Source: Octopus sinensis (Eukaryota). From it: a DNA stretch of 64,000 nucleotides. A program made the translations under genes and the position numbers. The notes under the pieces are model-generated. The model had not been told where the DNA came from. It searched no databases and saw only the letters and a program-made list of their open reading frames with translations. Positions 1-15,445 of the stretch are shown here, piece by piece. Location of the stretch: assembly GCF_006345805.1 (NCBI RefSeq), contig NC_042997.1, positions 64,790,001 to 64,854,000 on the forward strand, written 5' to 3'. How positions within the stretch are numbered: position 1 is the stretch's first letter; each line of letters opens with the position of its first letter.

Positions 1-31
<31 letters not shown>

Positions 32-159
32 CAACAACAATAATAATAATAGTAGTAAGAAGAAGAAGAAAAGAAGAAGAAGAAGAAGAAGAAGAAGAAG
101 AAGAAAAGAAGAAGAAGAAGAAGAAGAAGAAGAGAAGAAGAAGAAGAAGAAGAAGAAGA
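1..159. repeat. (AAT)n/(AAC)n/(AAG)n compound microsatellite
   Basis: Direct reading of trinucleotide runs. Confidence 0.95.
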
Positions 160-524
160 TAGACTGTCCTGATGACAATAGTATCAAAGAGAAAGAATTA
201 AAGCTGAACAACTAGTTCAAGTGGAAAATACGAAGGTTGTGGACAATGGGGAGAATAGACGTGACACCAATTCTAATTGGCGTATTTGGAAATATCAGTA
301 CTCACCTACCAGCATGGCTCAAAAAGATTAGTACAAATGTAAGAATAGAAAACCTACCAGAAACAGCATTACTTGGAACTAGATGAACTCTTCGTAGGCT
401 TCTTGAAGCATAACCAGGAAACAGGTGTCACCTTAGTCTGATGGCTGTGGACAGCTGACAGCAAAATAAGCCGACAGTATATTCAAATACTACAATTTAC
501 TACTACTACTACTACTACTACTAC

Positions 525-590
<66 letters not shown>

Positions 591-610
591 CAACAACAAT
601 GATAATAATG
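160..610 (+). mobile_element. 3' end fragment of R4/Dong-like RLE non-LTR retrotransposon with (ACT)n/(AAT)n tail
   Basis: Manual translation gives ...DCPDDNSIKEKEL...LWTMGRIDVTPILIGVFG...LPETALLGT, typical of the C-terminus of the restriction-like endonuclease; followed by a short 3'UTR and trinucleotide tail. Confidence 0.7.
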
Positions 611-1591
611 CATGTTTTGACTATAGTGAGGCATTTGATAGTGTCCCACATAGCTGGATTTTAAAGATATTGAATATATTCAAGATCTCAACAACAAAAA
701 ATAAATGTTCGTATGTGTCAGAGAACATCGAAATAGATCGTGGAATATTTTTGGTTGATTCACTCTCTCTTTCTTTCATTCCCTTGTCCCACAAGCTGAA
801 TATAACAAACTACGGTTACAAAATGTTTGACAATATCATCTTACTCTTGCTCTACATGGACGATCTGAAGTTATATGCAAAAGATGAGAAGGATCTGAAT
901 GGGCTACTAGCAACTTTAAAAAAACTCAGTGATGATATCATTATAGAATTTAGCCTCAGCAGGTGTGCAAAAACTTCGTTCAAACGTGGTAAACTGACAT
1001 CTAACACCATGACCTTACTTGATCATGATACATCAATCAAGGACCTGGACGAAGAAGACTTCTATAAGTATCTTGAGATGGAAGAAGGGAAAGGGATTCC
1101 ACATGGATTAATGAGAGAGATGATCAGGAGAGAGTATTATCGACGTGTCAGGATGGTGCTAAATACTGAGCTGAACTCTCAGAATAGAATTACAGCTACA
1201 AGCTTCCTTGAGATACCAGTTGTCCAGTATAGCCTTAATGCCATCAATTGGAATCTGAGTAATCTCAAGCGTATGGACATACAGACCAAGAAACTGCTGA
1301 CACTAAGCAGGATACACCACCCAAAACCAGACGTTCACAGGCACTTTCTCCCACGAAAGGAAGGTAGTAGAAGTCTAATCCAGCTTGAAGCGTCCTATAA
1401 AACGACAGCGATGGGACTTTTATTGTACATCCAAAGTAACACTGTGTCGATGATACAGCTGGTAAGGTAAACGAGTAAGAAACTGCTTTCAATCTCAAAG
1501 GAAGCATATAAATACAGACACTAGCTTTATCTCCCTGATTATAATGATGATGATCATCATGATGACGACGACGACGATGAAAATGATGATA

Positions 1592-1623
<32 letters not shown>

Positions 1624-2155
1624 AAGGAGGAGGAGGATGTCACACCATCCACTAAGGCAGCAAAACTGTATAACAAAAGCCAAGCAGGAAAGCTTGAAGG
1701 AAATATCAAGATTGTAGGGAGAAAAAACAATGCATGGGCAATATACCAAGGGAGCTGGGGAATTTGTGGTAGATGTTAGAAAAATTCATCAGTGGTTGCA
1801 AAGTGTTTGTTTGAAAGCCGAAATAGAAGTATTCATCTTATCAACAAAAGTCCCGAGTGTCCTCACCCGGAACAATCAAGCTAGTGTCACACACAATGAG
1901 GTAGATACAAAGTGTAGACTCTGAAACGACAAACTTGTGAGTATTGACCACATTGTTATCGGTTGTTCAGAATATAAAACCAGGCATGATCGAGCTGCCC
2001 AATATTGCACTGGATAATATGCCGTGTCAGAGCCATAAAAACAAGTATGAACACCATCCAGAGCCAGTCACTGAACGAGAGAATGTTACCATTCTAAGGG
2101 AGTATGGATTACATGCAGACAGACAAATAAATACTAAAAGACCAGACAACGTCTG
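611..2155 (+). pseudogene. Decayed R4/Dong-like LINE: RT, thumb and CCHC/RLE remnants
   Basis: FDYSEAFDSVPHSWI just upstream of ORF 670-1470, LYMDDLKLYAK (RT catalytic motif), YKYLE, HHPKPDVHRHFLPRKEGSRSL, then MHGQY...KCRL and HHPEPV...RPD; stops, frameshifts, deletions and a (GAT)n insertion. Confidence 0.85.
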
Positions 2156-2689
2156 GGTGAGACTCGGATTCAACGTGTACAAATATAAAGCAAAAGTGAA
2201 ACTTAAAATAATCGTAATAAGCATTGTTGCTGTAAATTTTCATTCCCCTTTTCTCTTTATTTTTTTCTCGGCCTTTCTTCACCTTTTTCTCTATCACATG
2301 ACTTTGAAAATGTACAATTTGGTGCGTTTATTTTAATGGTTTACCAATGTATACAGTGCGTTTCTCTGCCCCAGGTGTCAGGAAGACACTTGGCAAAAAA
2401 TGGAAACAGAATCGAAGGATGATAATGAAAATAATAATAATGCTAACCGGGCTGTGCTTTCATGGCTTTTGACCTTAACTGATCGGCAGTGTTATCATGA
2501 ACTGCTTCACCTTAACTAGTTGAGCATGTCCCTTACCGGCTGAGGATATGTTTACCTCAGATAAACATAAATGTAGTGGGGTAGCAGCATAGCCATATGT
2601 TGAGAGGAATTATTTGGGATTTGAATTATTCACCACTGGAAAAATGCACGTTTTGTTCATCATCATCCTCAAACAAACCTTATTCATAT

Positions 2690-2693
2690 ACAT

Positions 2694-2726
<33 letters not shown>

Positions 2727-2727
2727 C

Positions 2728-2807
<80 letters not shown>

Positions 2808-2810
2808 TAG
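2690..2810. repeat. (CA)n/(TA)n microsatellite
   Basis: Direct reading. Confidence 0.95.
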
Positions 2811-5800
2811 AAACATAGCCACACACACTCACAGACACATATATAGATTTATATGAATATGGGTGCAGTATTTCAGCCTATTTGTAGCATCTCATGAAGT
2901 TCTGGCATTGACGTTTGTATTATAAATCTACAAGTCATGGATGATTTCAGTTGCAAAGTTTAGTACAAATAAGATTTCATCTTTCGGATTTTATATGGTT
3001 ATTGTTGTAAGAACTAGCGTTACTTTTAAGATGTAAAGACGTTTAGGTGTCAATAGTATTAAATATTCTTAGTAATTGGAAAATTATCAGACTAGGAAAC
3101 GGAAACAGAGATTCCATTGTATTATTGTAATTATATGGCAAACATATAATCTCTCGTAAGAAAAATTACCAATAATGTATATCAAATAATGACACGAGAA
3201 TTAGAAAGCAAAGAAAGTAATGAAATATTGCCACCTAATTATAGACATTTTTAGATTTATCGTCGGATAGTTCAGCTAGTTGATTGAAATTACCACGATT
3301 TTATATTTATTTGAATTGCTTTATGTGCCATCTTTCCAATTTGTAAAACAAATAATAAAACAAAATCACATCTCGATTGAATTCATGCATGCATCACTCA
3401 TTTTCCAGAAAAACTGATGGAATGAAGCAGTCGTCAGCGATGCATCAACAATACCTTTTGTTAATGATTATATTAGTATTACTAAAATATCCTTAAATCT
3501 GCTGACGAAAATTAACCTTAGGAACATATGAACGGCTAACTTAACTTACATTTTTCTATGGTAGCCAACAACAGCAACCATATATGCTTCTGCACACAGA
3601 TATATCTAGCGATATATTCATAGGCGAGTGTATAAATAGCTTTCATATCATCTTATGAGTGTTACCATTGAATATTCTGAAAATATTTTGGGAGACGGAC
3701 TGCTGAGCTCATCGCTACTTCTCTTCATGTATGACATAATACGCATATCGTGTATGCAAGGTAAGCTTACTTCCATCTATTCTGTCGCTTGTAACTTGGT
3801 AAGAACACTGTGTTTTTGATCTAGAAATATGAAGTAAAGTGTGATAGACGCTCTCGCAAATAGTTTGGGCATCCAGTAAAAATAATGTTAATATATGCGC
3901 TACATAATCTTTTTTTCTATAAATATGCATGAATAATTTATAGTAATGTTGCGAGTAGAAGATATGTCTGTAGGTGACTGAAGACCAAATATTTGATTCA
4001 AATAAATCTGAAACTATTTTATTTATTGAACTTTCTAGAAATAGCAAAAGAGACAACTTCTAGTGGGTGTGAACAAAGCTAGTATGAATGGAGCAAAAGA
4101 AGTATCTTATTTTGTCATATAGAACCAGATTATAACCGGTGGAGATAATGATAGGAATAAACAAAGTTCCAAAAATATAAAGAATATCATATCGGTGCAG
4201 TTTTTCATGAAACGATATATGATGTCTGAAGCTACCTTAAGTTTTATCTGAGTATAACGTATCTACAGACGCAATAACTAAGCTGATGCTATGTATGTAC
4301 TTGACAACCTAATTATAAGTCTTCTGAGAAAAGCTCCGTAGTTCTCAGTTGAGCTTTCATTTGTATCAAAGTGCGAAAATAATGTAGAACCTTAGGACAT
4401 AGACATACCAGCAGATATCATGCAGTAAGCTTAATCTGATTTTTCGTGACAAAAATGACAATACATACTAATTAGTGCCACCAGAATGAGATATAATAGA
4501 AAAGAGCATATAAGATAAAAAATATGGCATAGGTACTGATGTTGAAAGCAAAATATGGAATTTATGATGCGTCTTCATGATTCTATTAGTAATCAGTAAT
4601 TTTGGGAAAATCCAGAGTCACTTGAGCAAAGGCATGTCCAAATTACTATAGGAAGACAGCTATCTTCCTAAAACTATGAAATATACTTGTAGATATTGTT
4701 GGGACATTCTCATACAACATTTGTAAGCCTAAGCCATCCGTGCTTCAACATTAACCTACAGCAAATGTGTTAAACTTTTATGCATGTTTATCATGATTCA
4801 ATCCTTTTTTGAAGACAATCAATTTTTTTTAATATTTCAAAACATAAATAATAAATGTATCGATTAAAAATAAAGCGAGTTAAAATAGTTATCTGAAATG
4901 AGATAATGATGTGAATATACCCGACTAAGATAATTAGTGACGTACTGAATTAGGGACAGCAACAAATTATTAATGAACTGAAGTTTTCTTCTTTGTTTTA
5001 CGAAAGGAAGCAAAAGTTAATTTAAAGAAGTTAAGGTATTTTCAATTTAATTACCATGCTTAGGAAAAAAACAGTCTGAACATGATTTGCAAGAGGGATA
5101 TCGTAAGAAGATTACAGCCCTATGAGCAATGGAACGTAGCAGGGCTACAGTATTTATAATCCATGCACACATAGATTAGCATTGAGTACTTATACCTACA
5201 ATTCGCAAGACGGTAACTGTCACGACCAAAGTACGATTTAGGGCATCTTTCAGTTTAAGATGATTCATAAGTATGTTATAGCATAGGCAAGACTGTAGAA
5301 GCGTGTCTAGATTTGCACATATACCAAACGAGTTACATTTTTAGAAAAAAGTGAAGGACCATTGTGAAGGATGTTGTGGAATGTTATTGTTAATTTTACC
5401 AATTAGTCTAATCAAAATATAAATAAATAAATAAATAATCAGTTAGACGTAATTTCTTTAGACCCTATCTCTTTCATTATGCTAAATATATGTTTTCTCT
5501 CTGCTGAAAATATTCTACAATATGTTAAAAGGAAACGTAGTCTTTGTTGGAATTACATTATTACATCGATAGGTCTGTAGGTATCTGTTGCTTGCAACCA
5601 AAGATGAGAATACTCTTTTTCCAAGGAATTTTTTCTTGCAATTATCTCTCTTCATTTAATACTGTCGGTAGTATTTTAGGTTACTATTTAACCGTCGTAC
5701 AAATTTTGGTTTTCACTTTTTGGGTATACCATTGATTAATTCATACTTCAGCATAGAAATATGAATATAGTAATGTTAATGATGCGGTTGAGACTAATTA

Positions 5801-8624
5801 ATATTACACCATAACGAATTAATGACGAGAGAGTTATGGTGTGAACATACTCTAGAAACCTAGAAGACCATAAAGTAAAACTAGAATGAGATACGGCAAT
5901 CGTCACCGATTTTGAGAGGAACTTTCTGTTGAACATTGGTATCGTTTCTAACAGATGATAATAAATCACTATGGAAAGGAATGAATTATTCATATATCAT
6001 TTTTACATTCTTATTTATCTGGGAAAACCTGCTAATAAAACTCCAACTTATTGGCAACTAATCCCGTGGCACACAAGAGTAATATTTGTAACTGTGTGAT
6101 TACAATTATCACCAAAGTAATTTATAAACCAGCATTTAATGATATATTCATTTCTATTTCATAATGTTTTTGACAATTACATACGTCATCTAAGTTGAAG
6201 TGTTTCGTAGTACACCTACTATCTTATGTACAACTCATTTATATCTGTTAAAAGTCAATTATTGGGAAGATTATGTTGCTATTTCATATATTATGTTTAC
6301 ATAATCTTTCATTTCGTCTGTGTTTTCTTCAAATCTTTAGCTCTCACTTTCCCACTGCGTCTCATAAAGAAACTCATATCGCTAGTGTATCATGATTTGT
6401 TCACTAATATTTTCCCGTGCTTTTGGCCTTTTTTTGCGGATATGAAAAACTGGATGAAGGAAAATAGCAACTGAGAATTGGCCAACAACTGATTTCTATT
6501 AGGTACAGTAAACTACAATGTCAGAGTGAATATAACACCTGATGTGTTTTTAAATGGTATTCAACTACCGTGCAAAATTTTCAATATACAATCTGATATC
6601 AAATTACTTGTATCAAAAGAATAAAAGTGGAGTATATAGGGTATCGTGTCCAAATAACATATTTGATATTAAACCAGAGAAAGGAATTTGGAATACCATA
6701 CCTAATCAAATAAGATAAAAATATAAACAGTAGACACTTTCATATATAGAAATATAACCAATTTTAGACAGTAGTAAAATAGCGCGTTGCTAAATTTAAA
6801 TCTATTTCTTAATTCATTTGGTACATAAATAATTCACATTAAAAATGTAGTGCAGCTGGTTTCTGACCGTGGTTATCAAATACTTATGGTAGACAGTTCT
6901 ATACTTGGTACGTGAAATTATGACATTTTAATTAATATCAATGAATGTGCAATTTGAGCTGGAATTTAAAAATACATTTTTGAATACAAAACACATAATT
7001 TCACTTTTGTTTCTACCTAATCCATTATTAATGAAAAATCAAGCATGTTGCTGATATTAATGTGCAAGTACTGAGATGAATATCTTTTAAAGAAAGTCAA
7101 ACTCTACATTTTAAATATAAAATTGATTTTTATGAACTGTAGAATTTTCATTAAAATTGAAAACAAATATTCAAATTTGTGTGATGCAAGCAAGTTAATT
7201 ACACTGTGTAGTTAAACAATTTTAGTTATTGTTTATAATAGTATAGCTCAATGGGGTTTAAATGAATACCTACATTAAATTTACATGGCTGATTAGTTTG
7301 TACTGATCGTTGATAGACATTTTTGTTAGACATCAATTGATAATACATGGAGATTTAGATAATAGACATTTGAGTAAGAAGTGTTTGGTTGAAATTTGTT
7401 GTGACAGGAAATGAGATTTGAATCGCTCTTCCTTTAGCACTTATTTAGTGGTCTGTTAAGTGCTTTTATTAGTTATTTGGTAGACTTTAGAAATGAGAAG
7501 GATCAATGGTAATTTGACTCCTATAAATTTATGTTTGTCTGTTACTCTATGAATCGTTGACTGGGGTGATTCATTGTCATATCATCTCAATCCGGCTACT
7601 ACAGAGATTTTCAATGGAATATGTAGAATAATTAGAAAAGATGGTTAGCTTGCTCGGTTCTGATTATTTTTGTGAGATATTCTGAAAAAGGGAGTTGATG
7701 ATATTTCATGGATAACAGGCATGCAGGGAAAAGGAGCTTTTCATACTCTCTTTTCACCTTCTGTCCTTTCTTTTCTTCCATCATATGCTACTTGTATTTT
7801 TGTAATTTATTTCTATCTACTTCCTTTTTAATTTATTCTACTAACTTTTAGTTCCTTTGTACACTCTGGAAAAAAGTCCACCACGATCAAAATTATTCTG
7901 CAAAACTCTTAGGCAAATTATTAATCAAATAATTTTAAATACATAAACTTGATTAACAAAATATTAATATAACCATGCTTAGATCGATTAAATATCGCTT
8001 CCACACATGGTTCACTTGTAGAAATGCATCCTAGGTTGATGTGCTGGCTACATAGTTTCTCAGATTCTTGAGAGAAGGAGAAATTTGAAATAAGATAGGT
8101 ATGATATCAAATAGAAAGAAGGCATTACATTGTCAGGCAGAAATGCATACACATGTTCGATCACATATACAAGACAAACATGCGTCCAAGGAAAAGGACA
8201 CCGGCCTAACGTTGCCATCAGTACAGAAAAGGGGTAACTTCATGCCAAACCCAGTAGATCCCTATCATTGAAGCATCATTGATGAGTTCTTAGTACTCTG
8301 GGCCTACAGACGCTGTTCCTTGGTGCATCCTAAGAATGAACCTCATGATTGTTCGTACAAATTACAATTCATAACTTTTTTCAAATTCACAATTATTTTG
8401 TGTTTGTTTTTATACAACTATAACACAACGTAAGTGTAAAATGAAAAGTGTGTATCGTAAATTAATATGGCGGAGAACATAAAATGTGAGAAAAATCGCA
8501 AACACAATGAGGATCGAATTTGTCTTTATTTTTTTGCAAAATATGAGAAAACCAACTTTTATATCCATGAGTAAATGGAATAGAGAGCAGAATAGACAAA
8601 GAAGCAAAAACTAGAAAACTACGC

Positions 8625-8845
8625 ACCTTCTATGTGCAGAAGAGGATAGATTTGAAATCTATTGAACGAAGAGAGTTGGAAGCAAGGCATATGTGCAATC
8701 ATGTTATTTAAAAAATAATGTATCTATAGAACGTGAGCTGGCACGTAAAAAGTGTATAGCTGATAAAGTGGTGTCCGCACAAAAAATATTTAAAAAGTGT
8801 AGAAATGTACGAGTTATGCAAGGACGTCACTATACTTCAGCATAG
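8625..8845 (+). repeat. Dispersed repeat copy A (diverged direct copy at 10485-10684)
   Basis: Colinear shared blocks: ttctatgt, tgaaatctattga, aaataatgtatctatag, cgtgagct, aagtgtagaa, tacgagttat, acgtcactata. Confidence 0.75.
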
Positions 8846-10484
8846 GGTGACCAGGCTCTAAATTGGTTAGTATTAAATTTCTACCATATCGTACCAGCTA
8901 TTACAAAAGGTTTTGTATTCAACCGAGTGTCTGCAAATATAATACTCAATATGACCAACTACTGCAGCAAATATGGAGGCGTAGAATGACAGCAATAGTT
9001 ATTTGCATTAGCTCAGTATGGGAATATATGTATCTTATTGATTGTTTTGAGGTGAAGGTAAAGCTATATATCAATATATAACAATTAGTTGGTATAAGTA
9101 AATATCATCGAGTACTTCACAAGTCATAAGATCATGCCTCTACTGAAACGTGTATGATCAGTTTTCATAGAGGAAAAATGTTTTAGACGAAAACCTTTCA
9201 AATGTTTTTTCGGATAATCGAGTTTTGGACTAAAATAAAAAGGAGGGAAAGATAAATAAGCATATTACCCAGCCTGGCAAACATAGTTTTATATTTACCT
9301 CAGAAAATACTACTGTCATGAGTAAAATTAAATTGAAGTAAGTTCCTTTGAACTGGCTCCACTCTTTGCCAACAATGACATGGCCATCAGAATAATTCTC
9401 ATTGTATACAATTTACCACAGCCTAAAAAATACCAAAGGAGTGAATGTTTTCAAAATATATTCCAAATTAAAATAATCACGCCTTTTACATCTTACGCAA
9501 GAAAATCGATAAGGGAGTAAATGCACCAAGAATATATGTATGACTGATAGATGGAAATACATATGCATCCCACAGCGAACATAATTCTGTGTGCATACTC
9601 TTAGAATATAATCAAAAATATTTTGTTGAAGTCTTTGATGTAGAGGCTACAAGTGGTGGAGATGCGAGATATGTTGGGAAAATAACTCACAGAGAAATAT
9701 AGTAAATTCTACATAGTTCTAATCCACTGCCATGGAATAGACATTCAAAATCAACTCACCTTGTCTTCACAAACTGAATAAGTGCCGTATCATCAAAAGA
9801 TGAGCTCGTGAATGCATAAAACTGTTTTTGATTTGTGTTCAATTTCTGGTCAGTATACGGAATAAAAATTCTTCAATGATTCCTACTCGTAATTATTTAT
9901 CAGGTGTATTACACACCATCAATTCTGCCCTTTTGTATCTCCTTAAATTGCAATACCGGCATTCTTAAAGAAGACTACATTATATATGAAATATCTGATA
10001 GAGTGTTGAAAACACTAAGGACGAAAAAGAATTAGTTTTGACTTTACGTACACAAATCGCAGATTTTGACAGTCCAATGGTTTCTGGTAGAAATCAGAGT
10101 GACAAAAATAGCCGCAAGTTCATGTATACCTTCCGTTATACAAAAGCACAGAAACCGTTCAGCAGTTTTGAGGAGACAAACTTCGACATACACTTGCTTA
10201 TGGAATTCGAGAAAATTTAAGCGAATGCCAGGTTAAGTTCTAGCTCGACCAACTTTTGTTTGATATACTCTTACTGACTGCAAAATTTATCCAACAGCTG
10301 CTCTTAATTTTACTAAGGATATCAATATATGTCTTTCTTTCCCAATTATGTAAAAGTTTTGGGAAACTTTCCAAAAAGAAACTCTGTAATACTTCCCTAT
10401 TAAGTTCAATTGGAATAAGTATAATGTGTGGATCATCTTTGAATATAAAAGATGGATAAAGAAGTAAAAATATAAAGCAACACA

Positions 10485-10684
10485 CTTTCTATGTAGAGAG
10501 GAGGTTAGAACTGAAATCTATTGAGCGAACAAAGTTGAAAGCAGGACCAGTGGGGAATCATATTATGAAAGAAAATAATGTATCTATAGCACGTGAGCTA
10601 GATCATAAAATGGGTGTAGCACAAGAGTATTTAGAAAGTGTAGAAGTATACGAGTTATACAAGAACGTCACTATATTTCAGTAT
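10485..10684 (+). repeat. Dispersed repeat copy B (diverged direct copy of 8625-8845)
   Basis: Same colinear blocks as copy A. Confidence 0.75.
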
Positions 10685-12544
10685 AAATGTAACATGATAA
10701 TGCTCCAAATTACTCAGAATGAAGCTTTTACAAATATGGTGCCAGCTATGAATTTGAAGTGCATGGTCAAAAGTTGGATATTACAATCAGCGAAAGTATG
10801 TTGGCTTCATTATACTGCATAATGCATCTTATACAAAATAGGAATATAACTTACACTTTTGGACTTTCTTAATTAGCATCAGTATTTTCATTTTGCTACT
10901 TAAATAAATGTATAGAAGCAGAATGTATTCAAATACTTAAGCAGAGGAATATAACAGAGAGTACGTAAAATGGAATAATAATTGTAAACCAAAAATAATT
11001 GACTTTTAGTAAAAACATATCTGCCTTCTTTTAACAACAAGTTTTCGCTCAATCAGATATATTTGTGAAGCAAAAAAAATATGGAATAAATGGAATTTAA
11101 ACATATTTCCCATATCCATTTTTTTAAATATGTCGTTGTATATATCCACATAATGTTTACGAGTCTCATTTTAAATGTCAGGTGCTTGTATTTGTTTTTA
11201 AATCATCTGTCCTTCTGAATACATGTACATGTCAGTAACCTATAGTTCACACTGAGATGGATATTGATTGATTAGTTTGTATTTGCAAGGAAATGAGAAA
11301 ATCTGCTGGGAGAGATAAAACAGATTAAATGTGCTCCAACGTATTAATGGTACTTATGTTATCAAGCATATAGGGATGAAAAGAATTGGCCAATATTTAA
11401 CTATAAATCGACAGAGCTAAATTTCTGTGAGTGACTTTGCTTCTCCTCATCCTTCTTTCGTGAAAAAAGATGTCGTCTCTTGTTTTCGAAAGAATTACTG
11501 ATAAAGCTCAGGTGGGTTAGAAACTTAGTTCAAAACTACAGAAACTTTTACTATATTGATTTTTGTCTATTTCAAGATGTAGCGGCAGCTCACTCGGGTA
11601 GCTGCTTTTAATCTATTCCTATAGACAGTATGTTCTAAATGGGGAGGTTGGCTATCACTTTGAATTTAAAATTGTTACTTGAAAAGTTACGTTTAGTTTT
11701 CGGCCCCGCAAGGGATTTTATAGCAGGAACAAATAGAAAAGATATATTTCCTTTGCCATTTATATAGAAAAAAATGCTATCTTCCTATGAATACGCTTTG
11801 GCGGAGTAGCTAATATATTTCTGTGTCAAAGGCAATATAATTTGCTACGATCTTCGTGCGACATACACAGTTAGACGCACACTATGTATAACGATGCATA
11901 CACATACACGTGCATATCTATATTACATAGTGAGTGCATGCATATATGCACAATTACATCAAAATTGGTTATATCGACATCTTCTTTAGAGGGTGTTGTC
12001 GGAGCATATGTTTAAATTAAAATGCACATGCGTCAGTGGGAATTTCTTGAAAAGAGTTATGTGCCCGTATTTACAAACACACACACCCACACGTACACAT
12101 ACATACATACATACACAAACTATAAATATATGGGTATGCATATGCATTTTGGAAAACACACATATATATATATATATATATATAGTGGTTTGACACTGAA
12201 ACTAAACAAAAATTGAAAACTTTTACATAGTGTAGAATACCGGCTTTCATACACACGCATACAGATATATACACACTGCACCCAATGAAGGGATTTATTA
12301 CATACGCAACATTGATATAAACGTGCGTATATATATATACATGTAATATAGGATAGAATTTTTCGAAAAGAATTCTATCAATGGCCAGCATATTAAATAA
12401 TACCTTTAAAAGTAAGGGCAAAAGAAAAAAATGTCTAATGCCAAAATATGCCGAAAATAGACACTACGTCAATAACCATGTAATTTATCAGTACAAGCAC
12501 GTGATTCAAAGAAAGCCGACAGAAATTTCTAAAAAATTCCGTTA

Positions 12545-12605
12545 TTACCATATCGGACCCGATTTCAGAGTTAGTTCATAAGAACCTTCTCTTCATCAGT
12601 GATAA
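12545..12605 (-). ncRNA. Type I hammerhead ribozyme motif
   Basis: Minus strand: TTATCA CTGATGA AGAG-aaGGTTCttatGAACTaa-CTCT GAAA TCGG-gt-CCGA TA^ TGGTAA; all three stems pair, canonical core, AUA cleavage triplet. Confidence 0.8.
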
Positions 12606-12669
12606 ATGCGGTAAAGAAATAAGTGAAGTAAGTGAAATACTTACTCATACCCATGGAAGAAGCGAGCAC

Positions 12670-12970
12670 GTGTGGTGTGTTGCGTGTCATGATGTGGTGT
12701 GATGGTGGTGTGGTGTGATAGTGTTGTGCGGTGATGTGTGGTATGTTGCATTGTGGCGTGTTGGTGTTTGGTGTGGTGGTGTGTGGAGCTGTGTGGTATG
12801 ATGTGGTGTGGTGGTGTGTGGTTTGGTGTTGTGGTGTGGGGGATGCGAGAATGGGGGATTCAGGGTAGTGTGGGGGTTGGAAATGTGGGAGTAGGTGTGA
12901 GGTATGTGGGAGTGGTTTGTGTGGGGATGTGGTGGGGATGGGACAGGATGTATAGGGATGGTGGGGGAAC
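12670..12970. repeat. Degenerate (GTGGT/GTG)n G/T-rich low-complexity tract
   Basis: Direct reading. Confidence 0.85.
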
Positions 12971-13089
12971 GATGGAGAGTGAAGATGAAGAGAGAGAGTA
13001 GAATGGAGAAGGTGGGTAGGATTGAAGAGAGGAAGTAGGTGTCACAGCAATATATATAATTTCAACAATTGAGGGTAAAATTAATTAAT

Positions 13090-13318
13090 TAAAGAAATGT
13101 CGAATTGACTAATCTAGAAACGTACGTTCTCAAATAACCTTTGCACTTGATTTTTAAATGTTTTTTAATGTTTTTTCCCCCATACTTTTGTGAGTTAGTT
13201 TAGGCAAACACTATCTGAGAGAGATCTTCGTTAAGTATTAGAAATAGCTGAAGAAATTTCTTTAGCTGCTATTTCTAATGAGTTCAGTATGTGGCAAAGT
13301 AATTTATTTTACTAAGCA
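13090..13318 (+). repeat. Truncated copy of HHR-bearing short repeat (inverse of 46350-46565); retains only the 3' half of the HHR
   Basis: tgtcgaattgactaatcta GAAA CGTACG TT CTCA...tgagttcagtatgtggcaaagtaatttattttactaagc is the reverse complement of 46350-46565; CTGATGA core is absent. Confidence 0.75.
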
Positions 13319-13734
13319 ATTATATATATATATATAATATATATATATATAATATATATATATATTCAATGCATATGATACAGGTTTTATAACATAAAAC
13401 TTGGGTTGAATAAAGTCTGCTGTTTGATTAACAAGCTAAACGTGCTCGTCGTTTTCTATGTGCAGCAAAACGTACAATACTATCAGTGACCGTTGTTTAA
13501 TTTAATTTCATTATTGCTGGTTTCTATATTCTCAACACATATTTATATCTGTATTATTCAAAAAGATTTAGTTTAAAAAACGGAAAGCCATACATTTATG
13601 ATCATATCTTTAATTTTACTTTCAGATTCTATAATGAAGTAACAGAATTAGATAACAGACGCTGTTTTAATCTCTCAAACTAGTGTCATAATTTTGAGAA
13701 GAAAAGCGGTTTCGATAACTTTGACAGTTCTCGA

Positions 13735-14965
<1,231 letters not shown>

Positions 14966-15019
14966 GAAATATTAAAATAACTAAGTCTCTCTAAAAGAGA
15001 ACAGCGGCAGCGTTCCCGG

Positions 15020-15399
15020 AAAATAATAGTTATCGCCATACTAATATGGCATTCTTATAAAAATAAGAAAAAAGCTGTCCGCTTATTAGCTCCATGAGGC
15101 CATCGCCTTAAGTTAGCTATTTGATACACAAACTGTATCCATATAACCATCGAACAGAGATTGTCGGAAGCGACACCTACTGGCTGGCTACGCTGCATTG
15201 AAAAGGGGCAATACCCCGAAACGCGTCTGTAGCTGCCGGTCAAGTAGTGTGGAGCGACTGACCTCCCTTGTTCGATGGTTATATGGATACAGTTTGTGTA
15301 TCAAATAGCTAACTTAAGGCGATGGCCTCATGGAGCTAATAAGCGGACAGCTTTTTTCTTATTTTTATAAGAATGCCATATTAGTATGGCGATAACTAT

Positions 15400-15405
<6 letters not shown>
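15020..15405. repeat. Foldback element: 137-bp inverted arms (15020-15156 / 15269-15405) around an HHR-containing spacer
   Basis: Arms read as reverse complements; bounded by (TA)n. Confidence 0.85.
15181..15242 (+). ncRNA. Type I hammerhead ribozyme motif with U3-A8 core (UUGAAAA)
   Basis: GGCTGGC-tac-GCTGCA TTGAAAA GGGG-caata-CCCC GAAA CGCG TC^ TGTAGC-t-GCCGGTC; stem I extends further (CTACT/AGTAG, GTCG/CGAC). Confidence 0.72.

Positions 15406-15445
<40 letters not shown>

Noticed and set aside
8180-8360. Possible CR1/L2 RT motif B remnant on the minus strand (QGTASVGP...IND)
   Set aside because: Too short and degenerate to support without a profile search.
9304-9337. Possible micro-exon (cag...gtaagt)
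   Set aside because: Splice-like signals alone are common in AT-rich DNA; no coding or homology support.
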